A stretch of DNA of 64,000 nt from Torpedo marmorata (taxonomy: Eukaryota): contig OZ360219.1 of NCBI GenBank assembly GCA_977017645.1, forward strand, positions 179,552,001-179,616,000. Direction: 5' to 3'. This document shows, piece by piece, positions 33,916 through 47,736 of this stretch. Made by a program: the position numbers and the translations under genes. Position 1 is the first letter of the stretch; each line of letters begins with the position of its first letter. The notes under the pieces are model-generated. The model saw only the letters and a program-made list of their open reading frames with translations. It was not told the origin of the DNA and ran no database searches.

Positions 33916-35125
33916 CAAAAGAGAGAAATGTAAACAAACTGACTGTACAATATAGAAAATAAATATTCAATAATAAATAATGTGCAAAGTAAGAGTCATT
34001 AAGTGAGTGTCTGATTGAGTTTTTTGTTTTGCAACTGTTCCTGAACCTGGTGATACGAGTCTTGTGGCACCTACCGTATACCTTTTTCCTGATGGTAGCA
34101 GTGAGAATAGAGCATCCTGGGTGGTGTGGATCTTTGAACCTCTATCTTCAATGACCCTCACCACCCAAGCCATGCCCTTTGCTCACTGCTACCATCAGGA
34201 AGGAGGTACAGGAGCCTGAAATCACACACCCAACGTTACAAAAACAGCTTCTTACCCTCTGCTATCAGATTTCTGAAAGGACAATGAATCTATAGACACT
34301 ACCTCACTTTTTCTCTTTTTGCGTTAATTATTTATTTTAAATATTGTATTTACAGAACTGTAATTAATAACAATTTTTGCACCTGTAATGCACAATACTG
34401 CTGCCGCAAAACAACAATTGTTATGACCTGTTCATGACAATAACCTGATCCTGATTCTGATTCTGATGATTGCTGCTGCTCTTCAATGGCAACGTTCCAT
34501 GTAGATGTTCTCGATGGTGGGGAGAGTTTTGCCTGTGATGTACTGGGCAGTATCCACTACCTTTTACAGGGCTTTCCACTCAGAGGTATTGGTGCCCCCA
34601 TACCAGGCCATGATGCAGCCGGTCAGCACGCTTTCCCCTACATATCTGCAGAAGTTTGCCAAGATTTTTGATGTCATACCAAACCTCCGCAAACTCCTGA
34701 GGAAGTAAAGGCTCTGATGTGCTTTCTTCACGATAACATTCATGGATTGGGTCCTCTGAGATAGTGACTCTGAGGAATTTAAATTTGCTCACCCTTTCCA
34801 CCTCTGATCCCCTAATGATCACTGGATCGAACTCCTCTGGTTTTCCCCTCCTAAAGTCCACAATCAACTCCTTGGTTTTGGTGACATTGAGTGTGAGGTT
34901 GTTGTTGGTGCACCATTCAGCAAAGTTTTCACTCTCCCTCCTGTATGCTGACCCATTGCTCCTTTTTATACAAGCCACTACCGTGGTATCTTCAGCAAAT
35001 TTGTAGATGGTGTTAATGTTGTACCGAGCCACACAGTCGTAGGTGTAAAGCAAGTAGAGCAGGGGGCTAAGAACAGCAAGAACACCCTGTGGTGCTCCAG
35101 TTCTGATGGAGATTGTGGAGATGTT
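33916..35125. mobile_element. Cluster of Rex1/Babar fragments (minus 33916-34135 and 34465-35125; plus-strand 3' end 34140-34464 with CTGATT tail)
   Basis: GAPQG..LSPLLY, FAED, TKTKELIVDFR in ORF 34580-35281; tail ctgattctgattctga. Confidence 0.8.
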
Positions 35126-35129
35126 CACG

Positions 35130-36960
35130 TTCAAGCCAAGTTCAAGTTTATTATGATCCAATTGTCCAAGTACAACCCAACGAAACAGCGATCTCTGATC
35201 CACCGTGCAAAAACGTGCAAACATACAACCAGACATAACACAACTACAGAAAAACGATGCATATGCAGTAGGTATATACATATATAAAAATAAATAAATA
35301 TTGTTTAATAAATAGTAGAGTCTCAGAGGGTTTGTATGAGCAGTTCATTCATTCGTTCAGCAGCCTCACTGCCTGTGGGAAGAAGCTGTTTCTCAGCCTG
35401 GTGGTTCTGGTTCTGATACTCCTGTATCTCTTTCCCAACGGGAGTAGCTGAAAGATGCTGTATGTGGGTTGGAAAGGATCCTCAACAATTTTGCAAGCCC
35501 TCTTCAAACAACGATCCCAGTAGATCACTTCGATGGGGGTGAGGGAGACCCCAGTGATCCTCCCTGCCGCTTTTATGGTCCTGTGGATTGACCTCCGATT
35601 CAATGCTCTACAACAACCATTCCTCGCTGTGATGCAGCTGGCCAGGACACTCTCAATAGAGCTCCTGTAGAAAGATGACAGGATTGTGTGGTCACTGTTG
35701 GGCCTTCCTGACAAGGAGGAGATATTGTGTGTCCATGATAGGTCACTTCTTAAGTGGACTTCGAGGAACTGGTGCTCTCAACTCACTCCACTACTGAGTT
35801 ATTAATGTGTAGTGGAGGATGGTCATTCCTGGTTCTCCTGAAGTCCACAATCATCTCCTTTGTCTTGTCCACGTTGAGACTCAGGTTGTCATTCTCGCAC
35901 CATATCACAAAATTTTCCACCTCTTCTCTGTAGTGTGACTCATTGTTGTTGCTAATGAGGCCAACTACTGATGTGTCATCTGCAAACTTGATGATACTGC
36001 CGGAGCTGGATCTGGCGATGCAATTGTTGGTCAGTAGCTTGAACTGGAGCGGGCTGAGCACACAGCCCTGAGGTGCTCCAATGCTGAGCGTGATGGTGGT
36101 CGACGTTCTGTTGCCGACCCGGACATTCTGTGGTCTTTCCGTTAGGAAGTCTAGAATCCAGTTACAGAGAGGGTGTTGAGTCCCAGCGATGACTGCTTCT
36201 CCACCAGCCTCTGGAGCTGAAGTTGATGAACTGCAGCCTGGCGTATGAGGCGTTGTTCTCCAGGTGTGTGAGGATGGAGAGGAGGGGCAAGGCTATAGCA
36301 TTGCATGTGGAATGATTTCATCTATAGGCGAATTAAAATGGTTCCAGTGTCTCTGGGAGGTGCGCTTTGATGCATTCCATTACCAGACCCTCGAAATATT
36401 TCATGATAGTGGAGGTCAGTGCCACGGGGCGGTAGTCATTGAGACCTGTTACTGTCACTCTCTTTGGTACAGGTTGATGGTGGCTATCCTGAAACCCGCG
36501 GAGACAATATACTGTTGCAGTGACATGCTGAAGATGTCCGTAAGGACCTCCGTCAGTTGGTCTGCGCAGAGGTTTTTCCTTCTTCTGGTGGTCAAATTGG
36601 GGATAGAAGGATTTGAGTTCATCTGGGAGTGAAGCTATGCTGCCTTCCACTGCACTGGATTTGGTTTTGTAGCAGGTTATGTCATTTCAACCCTGCCACA
36701 GCTGTCGGGTATCCTACGTTGTTTCCATTCTCGTCCAGAATCTCCACTTCGCCCAGGAGATGGCTTTTCATGGGATGTACATGCTCCTTGTGTCGTGTTC
36801 TGGATCTCCAGACTTAAATGCCAGTGATCTGGGTCTCAGCTGGTTCCTGATATCATTGTTCATTCAGAGCTTCTGGTTGGGGAAAACCCTGAACGATTTG
36901 GTGGGGACACACTTCTCCGCAGCTGTCTTTTTAAAGTCTGTACCGGCCCCGGTGTAATCA
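35130..36960 (-). mobile_element. Rex1/Babar LINE, decayed
   Basis: [11 protein letters not shown] (36333-36650), FADD (35783-36061), RYRSIRTRTTRLRNSFFPQAVRLLN (35349-35714). Confidence 0.88.
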
Positions 36961-38275
36961 TATCTGACCAGGCCATGGAGATTTATCTACCTTTATACAC
37001 ACCAGGAACTTCAACACCTCCTCAACTGTAATACTTGACTGTTCTCAAGGCAGTACCATTATTACCTTTGCTGTCATGTGGCGCATCATGGTAATTTGTT
37101 CATGCTATTGTTGTTAGTGCATCTTAAGTATCTGTGTGGCTGCAGCAAGTAAGAATTTCTATGTATCTATATACAGAGCAACTCTCATGGGCTATAACTG
37201 TTGGCCTTATCTGAGACCCAGAATTGAACCTGATTCAGACCTTTAGTCTGCTGTAACAGTCCGATCTGACTTGAGTTGGGAGATCCTGAATTCAATTTCC
37301 TGGTTGGACTAAATTCACAGCAATGTCCACAGTGCAGAATCAATTCACACTGTTGGAAGTGCCATCGTTTGGTGAAGAAGTTAAACCAATAGGATTACAA
37401 TTTTGATCATGGCTATGGCGTGACCAATGACTGAATGACAGGGTAAGTCTGGAGGAATCCAGAGCTGGAAAGTGGAGGTCCTATGGATATTAAAAATAAG
37501 ACCTTTTCACATTTTCTCTTCTCTTTTCTGGTTGCTGGCCAGCTATCTCACTGATCCATGTTGGGCACTTTTGGGGACTCAGATGGAGGGGGGAATGATA
37601 GATCAGAGCTTGGATGAGGGATGAGTGAGGACAACAGCTTCCTCAAAGCCTGAGCTATGGGAGAGCAGGACGGTTATTTTTAGCTGACAGGCGTTTTGCA
37701 AAGGGCATTAACCTCCTGAGTTATGGTTCTTACCACTATTGTTGCAATTTTTTGAATGGTGAGATGGGATTTCACTTTTGAAGGTGATTTCAGGGTTGGT
37801 AACAGACCTGCAAATTTTTACACTGTATGCCTGAGGTGGCTGAGGCACTTCCATTCCAGGTTTACACACCAGGAGTAACATATATTGGGGCAGTTGGGCA
37901 ATGTGGCAGAAAAAAGTCTCTCAAACCTGCCAACTACTTGTGTGAGCTGCTCCAACCCATTCTCATCAGGGTGTGGCTGGGAATATCTGTCTCACTTGAT
38001 CCACCTTTGGGCAAAGTGGAAAGGACTGGAAGTGTGGAAATATACAAACCCAACTATAGTTCAGTAACTTGATGTCTACAGAATGGGATTAAAGAACAGG
38101 GCAGGGCCAAAACATGAATTAAAATTGTGTAAATAAAATAATGACTCATATGGGACCCATTCAGGAGTTAGGCAAATTGTAAATGGAGCAATCTTACAAT
38201 TATGAAATATAAATCTATTCACATGACATGAATAATATTTTGATTTTCTGCAATTTATATTATACTGTATAAAAT

Positions 38276-38392
38276 ACACACACAAACACACACACACACG
38301 TGTGTGCATACACACGCACATGCACACACGCACACTTGCACATAAACGTGCATGCACACACGTCTCACTCATTCATTCGCTCAATCACACAC
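38276..38392. repeat. Degenerate (CA)n microsatellite
   Basis: acacacacaaacacacacacacacgtgtgtgcatacacacgcac... Confidence 0.85.
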
Positions 38393-39799
38393 AGAATGGA
38401 AGATAATAGAAGAAGTCAAGCTCCAAAGTGGCATTGATCATTCCTGAGCTGATAGCCAGTAGCAGATCAGAGACAACTCTATTCTTATTCCCAATCCACA
38501 TTCCACACCTCAGTCACCTAACATTCCATTTCTTCCAGTTCCAATGGAGAGGGTTGTGAGGGTGAGGGTGGAGAAGGGGTTGGGGAGGGGTAGGGTCAGA
38601 GCATGAGTGGGGAGACGATCTGTGGATGAATGCGAAGGGATGATGGGCAGCAGTTATGATTGTCTTCTAACTAAGGGCATGCTGTTTAGGTTTGCATTTA
38701 GATATGGCAGTGAGGTTGAGATGTGTCAGGAGAGGTCTGGGCTCAGGGTCATAGTTGTGGTAAGGTAGCTCAAGGGGAGTCACAGCAATTAGGAGGCACT
38801 TACCTGCACTTGGTCACGAGCACCAGGCTCCCCAAGCTGGGGCTTACTCAGGCAACTTACTCCTCAGTCGAAGCATGCACACCACATTGCTTTAGCGCAC
38901 AGGTCAGTACTGCCAACACTGAACCACCATTCCTCCATCACCTTCCCTTGTTAACACCACGAAGGTGGAGAGGACTCAAGAATAATTTCACATACTTTAA
39001 AATATGGTAAGTATCTAATCTCATTCAGTTTCTCCAATAACATTTAACCATGATAAGCACACACACATGGCAATATGCAGTAGGGCATTGTCACTCAATT
39101 TATGGGCTGCCAGCTGATATATTGATACAGTCTGCCACTTTGAGACTGAACCAGGATGGGGTGAATCCCTCGACACAGAGCTGAGGGAAGAACTTCTCCA
39201 GGGGATTTGTTTTTGCACAATTTCCACCGAGGTCTTTGATGGTGCAGTTTACAGGTGAAGGTTAATACTCACGAGCAAGGAAATGCTTGCTGCTATGGTA
39301 GGCCTGGTGGGAAGCCTGAACTGCGCTGCAATGTCAGATCTCATTGAGAGGTTTAGGATGAACTTTGACCCAAACATTTGTGCACTGCTTGGAAGTCCAT
39401 CCTTCCCAGCATGCAATTGGTCAGCAACTCCACCAGTGGGCATGACCACCTCCAGCAGCTTGTTCCTCTGCTCCTGCTCTCTGCTCATTATCCTTCTCAT
39501 ACTCTATCCCCATATTTGCAGGATTATGTGTATTATCCATCTATTGAATTTTAATTTCATAGGACGCATAATTCCCTATTTTCTCTCTGCAATACACAAA
39601 TAGGATGGAGTAACTCAGCAGGTCATGCAGCATCCATGGAAATTGAAGGGTAATCAATGTTTCAGGCCTGGGCCCTTTGTCAGGTTTTACTGTTTAACTA
39701 GTTTCTCTCTTCTTGCTTTCTTGAATAGCAGTGGAACTTCTGTTGTCTTCCAATTCACTCAGATCATTCCAGAATCTAGGGGCTTCTGGAAGACCATCA

Positions 39800-40935
39800 T
39801 TTTTTTTTTTTTTTTTTTTTTATTTAAATTTTTAAATCACAAAATACATAAAATAATTTTGCATATATTTCAAAAATACATGTGATATACATTTTCTCCC
39901 CCCCCTTCCCACCCTCCCCTCCCTAACCCCTATATCCCCACTACTCTAAAAATAAAATATAGTAAAAGAGAGAAAGAAAAAGGAAAGATAGAAAAATAGG
40001 ATGAGGAGACAACAAACTTCAAACTAATTTACCTTAGAGGTTATTTTCGCCAGTGGGTCCGATATCTAGAGAATTTAAATTGTTAAACCCATAATCCTCA
40101 TATATGGGCCCCAAATTTTCAAGAAAGAATGATATTTATTTCGCAAATTATAAGTAATTTTTTCTAATGGTATACATGAACGTAACTCTGCATGCCATCG
40201 TTCTAAACTTAAATCCACATCTGACTTCCAAGTAATAGCTATACACTTTTTCGAAACTGCTAATACTATACGTAAAAATTCTACTTGGTACATATTTAAT
40301 CTATTTCTAATACTAAATTTTTTAATATCTCCAAATAAAAATAACATAGGATCCATTATAAATCCAACATTAAAAATTCTCTCTAAAAAATTCTTAACTT
40401 TCAACCAAAAATCTTGAATTATTGAACATAACCATGTACAATGTACAAAAGAACCTATTTCACTTTTACATCTAAAACACATATCTGATAACGCTGGATT
40501 AAATTTCTTCAATTTTTTAGGTGTTAAATATAATTGATGGAAAAAGTTATATTGTACTAATCTATATCTAACATTAATAACTTTAGTCATACTTAATTTA
40601 CATAAATCTTTCCAATGATTTTCATCTATATTAACATTTAAGTCTAATTCCCATTTTAATCTAGATTTATGTAACCCTACTTTAGACATCTTTCTCTGAA
40701 ATAATTTATACATTTGTGATATAAACTTATTAATATTAGCTTTAGTAATTAACAATTCCAATTCATTTTGTCTTGGTGCTATTAATTCATTCCCTAATCT
40801 CTCAATCAAAAAGGCTTTAACTTGAAAATAAACTAACATTGTATTATCTAATATATTACATTTTTATTTTAACCTTTGAAAAGTAATAAATCTACCAACT
40901 TCAAAACAATCCTTTAAGGTCTTAATTTCGAAGAC
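39800..40935 (-). mobile_element. L1-clade LINE 3' end with poly(A) tail
   Basis: ORF 40075-40839 has KWELDL, YRLVQYNFFHQLYLTP and CFRC..H..W.C zinc knuckle; T-run at 39800-39821. Confidence 0.88.
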
Positions 40936-42019
40936 CATCATTGATTGTATCCACTGTCCCTGCAGCCACCTCTGGTGGAGTTGATCTGACCTTGATCCAA
41001 CCAGCATCACAATCTGCTGGTCTTCTTCTGTTGCTGGGGTTATTTTACAACCAAAGTCATTAGACACATTGGGAGACATGAGGTTAGTGTGTGGGGAACA
41101 GTTGCAGCTTCACATATTATTAGTGGATTGTGATTGAGTGTTAAACTGAAATTTAAGAGGAAAGTGTTGTTCAGTCGGACTTCTATATGACCACCCAACC
41201 ACTACATGGCAAAGTGACACAACGACTGGGAGGACCTGCTTGATATAATGCTGGCAGCTCATCAGATTAAAGCCTCAAACATTCTAGCTGTGGGATTCCT
41301 GACAGCTGAACTGAGGTGGCAACACCCTTCCTCCCAAACTAAATGGGTCTTTTGTCTCTGCCATTCTGGGCTGGAAGGAACTGTCGTGTCAACAGAGAAA
41401 TTTTAATCCAGTCCTCAGTTAGCCTTCTTGAAATGGTGGGCAAGTTGCACACAAGTATCCAGCCAAAAATGCACTGCCGCCATGACAGTGAAGTGTAGGG
41501 CCAGTTACATGGGAAATGACACAATAGTAAGGCTTGGATCATGCACCTCTTCACTTGCAGTCATGGGACAACCACTGGCCAATGTTGTGTGCAAGTCAAT
41601 GCATTCCCAACCTCTGTGCCTGGGCACTGTGGAGTGTAAGTCCAGAACACACAGGAAATCAGACACCGGCACACCTGACCTCCATCTCCACTGCTAGACA
41701 GAACGCTGACTACAGCAGTGGTGGCCAGTAATACTCACTGAGGGGCTGGAAATGTTTTTATATCTGGCCCCTCAATTTTATGTCAACCGACTCTATACTT
41801 TCAATGGGCTTACAAACCCTAATGGAAAAGTAAGCAATGGTAAAAGATTTGTGTTTTCTTTTATTTTAATTAATGTTACTGTTTAATGTTAATTAATGTT
41901 AGTGTATAATGATCTACAGTCTCCTGTGGCTAAACAATGACAATGCAGAGGAAATGGATTGTGCTAAAATGTACCTGATCCATAATTACATTTCTCTCTT
42001 TATCAGTAGAAAATGAATT

Positions 42020-42900
42020 GATTATTTACAGTTTATTGTTACGTGTACCAAGGTACAGTGAAAAACTTTGTTTTGCATGCTATCCAGGTAAGTCAGCCCA
42101 TACTTAAGTACAACAGGTAGTGCAAAATCAAATTTAAGTGCAAAGTATAGTGTTACAGAGAAAAGGTTTGAACAGGGTGAAATGGTTCTTTTATTATGTT
42201 GGCTGCTTTCCTGAGGCAGCAGAAAGTGCAGACGGAGTCAATGGAGGGGAGGTAGGTTTGCATGATGGCCTGAGCTGCTTTCACACTCCCGCAGATTCGG
42301 GCAGAGCTGTTTTGATGGATCTGGACAGGATAATTTCTATGGCGCATCTATAAAAATTTGGCAGGAGACATTGGGGATGTGCCCCATTTAAGAAAGTAAA
42401 GGCAATGGTGTGCTTTCTGAGCCGTAGCACCAATGTGGTTGGAGCAGGACATTTTGTTGGTGATATTTACACCTAAAAACTTACAGCTCTCTGCCACCTC
42501 CACCTCAGCACTGTAGATACAGACCAGCAGATGTGCTCCACCCAGCTTCCTGAAGTCGATGGCCTGCTCCTTTATTTTGCTGACATTGAGTGGAGGTTGT
42601 TGACCTGAACCATGCTACAGGACTCTTCATCATTTTCCTGTGCTCCGCCTCGTCATTGAGATCCCACTTACAATGGTGATGTCACCTGCAAACTTACAAA
42701 TGAAGTTAGAGCAATATTTGGCCACAAAGTCATGAGAGTGTAATGTGCTGAGTAAGCAGCCTTACTGAGCACCAGCGTTCAGGATTATTGTGGAGGAAAA
42801 TCAGGCAGTCAAGTATCCTGTCACAGAGAGGGGTGCTGAGACCAAAGTCCAGGAGTTTGGAGAAGAATTTATTTGGAACTAAACTGAAGTTGGAGCTATA
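42020..42900 (-). mobile_element. Old Rex1/Babar-type LINE remnant
   Basis: LPSIDSVCTFCCLRKAANIIKEPFHP; SKLLDFGLSTPLCDRILDCL. Confidence 0.65.
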
Positions 42901-44670
42901 CTCAAAAAGAAACCATTCCACTGACGATGCTATAGCCTTGTCTACTCAGTTCTGATCCACCTGGAGAACGACGCCTCATACGCAAGGCTGCTGTTTATTG
43001 ACTTCAGCTTAGAGTTTAATATGATCATTCCCCAGAGGCTGGTGGAGAAGCTGTCCTCGCTGGGACTCAACACCCCGCTCTGTAACTGGATTCTGGACTT
43101 CCTTCAGAAAGACCACTGTCTGTCCAGATCGGTAGCAGAACATCGAGCACCATCACGCTGAGCACAGGCGCACCTCAGGACTGTGTGCTCAGCCTGCTCC
43201 TGTTCACGCAACTGACCCACGACTGCATCGCCAGATCCAGCTCTAAGAGTGTCTTCAAGATTGCAGATGACACAACAGTAGTTGGCCTCATCAGCAACAA
43301 TGATGAGTCGCACGACAGAGAAGAGATGGAAAATGTCTCAATATGGTGTGTTACGAACTAACAAACCTTGCTAGTACTAACAAAGCAACAGCAATGGAAA
43401 ATTCACCAGACACATCTAAATTAAAAATAATAGTTTTTATTAAACTATTAATAACATAAAATTTCTTACTTATCTCTAAACTTAACTCTAACTTAAATCC
43501 CACTATGCGCAAATGTAAATGTGTGTGTGTTAAAGTCCAAACTATGTCAGTTTAAACTTGAGTCTGAAAAGTCAATTTTAAAGTCCAGTTTCAAACTTGT
43601 TGTTGAACTTCAGTATCTTTTTAAATTGTGGTTCAGAAGTAATTATAAAGCAAGAGTGAAGCACCCGATTTCTTTCAAACTCACACGTCTTTTGATGAGT
43701 TGTCTTTCAGAGAGATATTCTTCTTCATGCGAGTGATTGCACGAACTCCCTCATCTTGCCTAAGAGTTCCGGAGTCTGTTTTCCACGATGATTTCTTTCT
43801 TAATCGAAAGTAACACACGTGGTTGCCCTCTTTTCTGAGAGGCAGTCAGAAGTGGTCTTACTTATTTAAAAGCCACTTATGTTGTGTATCTCCTATGATA
43901 AGGATGAAGACAGAACAGCATCTGCCTCTCTTTCCAGAGATTACTGCTCCAATCCTGTCTTTCCAGGATGTCAAATTTTCTTAAACTCCCCTTTGTCTCT
44001 GAGTCAATAATATATTTCTTGCACATCTCTCATGTCACATGGTATATGACATAATTTCTGTCTTTGAAGTTCATAATGTCTTCTTCACACTTATGTGCTA
44101 AAAGCATCTCAGTCCACTTAGACTCGTGATGTCTACCCACATGGACACAGAATGGATCTGCGTTTACACAGGTGCTTCTGAGCCAAAACCTGTTGTTTTC
44201 AGTATCTCAAGAACCATCATAAAGCCTTCCATCTCTTGGCTTCAACTGCAATCAGCAGACATTCTCTCTCTGCAAATGGCCATCTGCCATCTCAAAGAAC
44301 CATGTGTGTTTAAAATGGAAATGTGTTGTCTTTGTGCCCCTGAAACCACTCAAAACTAACTTACTAAGCCATCTCTGGATAAAATATAGTTTTAACATTA
44401 AACTAAAGATTAATCATAGCACATTCGTCACACCTCCTTCCACAGAGAAACACTTTGAACTTCTAAAAGGTCAAATTTTTAAAAAACTTCAATCTACAAT
44501 TTTTCTTGTAAATATTACACTCTAAAATGATACAATGCAATACAAGCAAATATAACACTTATCTTTACAATAACATTGCAAATTTAACATCGTGAAAGGT
44601 AATCAGCAATGACATTATCTTTGCCTTTAATATGAGTTATAATCAAGTCATATTCTTGCAAAATTAAACT

Positions 44671-47600
44671 TCAGTTCAATAATCGTCTATTTTTATTTTT
44701 AATTTTACTCAAAAACACCAACGGATTATGGTCATTGTAAACAATAATTGATCCCATAGCAGTGCAAACACATACTTCAAAATGTTGCAGAGCTAATACA
44801 AGGGACAATAATTCTTTCTCAATAGTAGAATAATTCTTTTGATGTTTATTGAATTTTTTAGATAAGTAAGCCACTGGATGTTCAATACCATCACAGTCAT
44901 CTTTTTGTAATAATACAGCACCTGCTGCGTCCTCACTGGCATCGACTGCTAAAGCAAATGGCTTCTCAAAATCAGGTGATTTAAGCACAGGTTTATGATG
45001 TTACAGAAGTAAATCACAAAAATCTGAAGACACCGTGGTTGAAGTAAAAAACACAAATGCTGGAGAAACTCAGCAGGTCAAACAGTGTCTTTTATGTAGC
45101 AAGGGTAGAAATACATAACCGACGTTTCGGGCTTGAGCCCTTCATCAAAGTATGATATAACATGTCTTTCAGTTGTCAAATGCTTCCTGACAAATGACTG
45201 TCTACATAAACTTCGCACTCTTTTTCAAAAGATTAGTCAGGGGAAGAGCAATGTCAGCAAAGTTTTTACAGAACTACCTATATACCCAACCATACCTAAA
45301 AATCTCCTCACAGCTTTCTTACCCGTGGGTACAGGAAATTCAGAAATTGTCTGAACTTTACCCTGAACAGGCTCAAGTTTTCCCTGGCCAAGAACATAAC
45401 CAAGATAAGTCACCTGAGCATGACAAAATTCACTTTTAGCTAAATTAACAGTAAGATTGGCTTGCAAAAGTTTATCAAACAATTTTTCTAATGCAGAGAT
45501 GTGTTCTTCCCATGTGTCATTCCATGTAACCAAGTCATCAATATAAACATCTGTATATTTTAAATCTTGAGTTACAGAATTCACCATCCTCTGAAATGTT
45601 CGTGGAGCATTCTTCATTCCAAATGGTAAAACATTGTACTCATATAAACCCAATGGGGTTACAAAAGCTGAAATTTCCATTCCTCTTTCTGTTAAGGGAA
45701 CAAACCAGTAACCTTTTAATAAATCTATCTTTGTAAGAAAGGTAACTTTTCCAATCTTATCCACACAATCATCCACCCTAGGGATAGGATAAGCATCTGT
45801 CTTTGTCACTACATTAACTTTTCTACAATCAGTGCAAAATCTGACTGTCCCATCTGATTTAGGTACCAGTACACAAGGTGAACTCCAATCTGAAGTAGAA
45901 TGTCTAATAATATTATTCTTTAACATGTATTTAATCTCTTGATCTACCTGTTTACACTTTTCAATATTCATTCTGTATAGATGCTGTTTGATAGGTTTTG
46001 CATCTCCAACATCAACATCGTGGCAAGCGATGGAAGTTCGTTGTGGCACATCCGGAAATACATTTCTGAATTTTAAAATCAACTGTTTCATTTGTTCCTT
46101 TTCCTGAGGTTTCAAATGAGCCAACTTCTCATCCAAATTAGGTAAACGAACTGGAACAATATTCTCTTTAAAATGACTCTCACAAGAATCAGCTTGTATG
46201 GTTTCATGATCCATAACCACCTTAGTTTAGTCAATAGCTATTATCTCTGGTGTAGGCTGTTTCTGGCTAACATCCAAATTCTCAAAATAAGGTTTTAGCA
46301 TGTTAACGTGGCAACTCTATGTTTTACGTCTCCTATCAGGAGATATAACTACGTAATTAACTTCATTTACCGTAGATTCTATTTCATAAGGTCCTGAAAA
46401 TTTTGCTCTAAGAGTATTAGAAATTGTTGGGAAAAGAATTAACACTTTATCCCCTGGTTTAAAAATTCTCTCACGAGATTTCCTGTTGTACCAAACCTTC
46501 AATACACCTTGAGCTGTTTTTAAATTCTCCTTAGCTATCTTACAGACCTTCTGTAAACGAACTTTGAACTTTGAAACATAATCTAACAAATTCAACTGCA
46601 CATCCTCATTAACCTACTATTCTTTCAACAACATTAAAGGTCCCCTAACCTCATGTCCAAACACTAACTCAAAAGGACTAAAACCTAACGATTCTTGTAC
46701 TGATTCCCTTACTGCAAACAAAAGTAAATGAGCACCTTCATCCCAGTCCTTCTCATTCTCACAACAATAAGTCCTCATCATAGTTTTTAAAGTCGAATGG
46801 AATCTCTCCAAAGCTCCCTGAGATTCTGGGTGATATGCAGATTATGTAATTTGTTTAGCTCCCAATTTATAAACTAACTGCTGAAATACACCTGACATAA
46901 AGTTATTCCCCTGATCTGACTGTATTTCTTTAGGCAAACCAAATGAAGTGAAAAATTTTACTAGAGCCCCAGACACAGTTTTTGCTTTAATATTCCTAAG
47001 TGGTATTGCTTCAGGAAACCTGGAAACTGTACACATAATAGTCAACAAATATTCATTTCCAGCTTTTGTTTTTGGCAATGGACCAACACAATCCACAATA
47101 ACTTTAGAAAAAGGTTCCCCAAAAGCAGGAATAGGTTTTAAAGGAGCAACTGGTGGACCCTGATTAGGTTTCCCACCAACCTGTCAGGTCGTACAAAATC
47201 TCTTAACATCTTTTCTTAAATTGTTTCATAATTTTATAGGTAGTTTTCTTTACCCCAAGGTGCCCACCTAAAGGTGTGCCATGGGCGAGGTTTAAAATCT
47301 CATCCCTATAATCTTTAGGAACCACAACCTGGTGAACAACTGCCCACTCTTCATCAGCAGGAATCTCAAGTGACCTCCATTTCCTCATTAATATTCCTTC
47401 CTTTAAATAATATCCAACTGGCACTTTCTTAATTTCCTCATCAGAGGGTGCTTTATCCCTGACTTCAGCAAGATCAATATCTTCATTCTGTTGTTCTATT
47501 AATTTTGCTCTGGATAATGACAAATCTTTTTCCAGCTGCTGTTCACTGTCACAGATTTCCAACCCTTTTAAATCATTTTGTACATCACTGTCTTCACTGG

Positions 47601-47736
47601 TAAGCTTTTTAGACATAGCTTTTAAATCAGTTTGCACAGCATTTTCTTTGCTGGCAACAATTCCCCATTTAGTTTCAAACTTATTTGGATACTTTATTTT
47701 ACCTTCTTGAAAAGGTTTGTTGGGCACAAATTTCAC
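44671..47736 (-). pseudogene. pol: Gmr1-like pol remnant (IN-RT-RNaseH)
   Basis: ORFs 47203-47736, 46842-47096, 46617-46811, 46317-46601, 45237-46220 and 44671-44988. Confidence 0.9.
45008..45155 (-). mobile_element. Penelope pLTR 3' fragment inserted between RT and RNaseH of the Gmr1-like element
   Basis: Reverse complement of 17347-17495. Confidence 0.9.

Noticed and set aside
44671-47736. Novel pol domain order (integrase before RT) in a Gypsy
   Set aside because: Already described for Gmr1-like elements.
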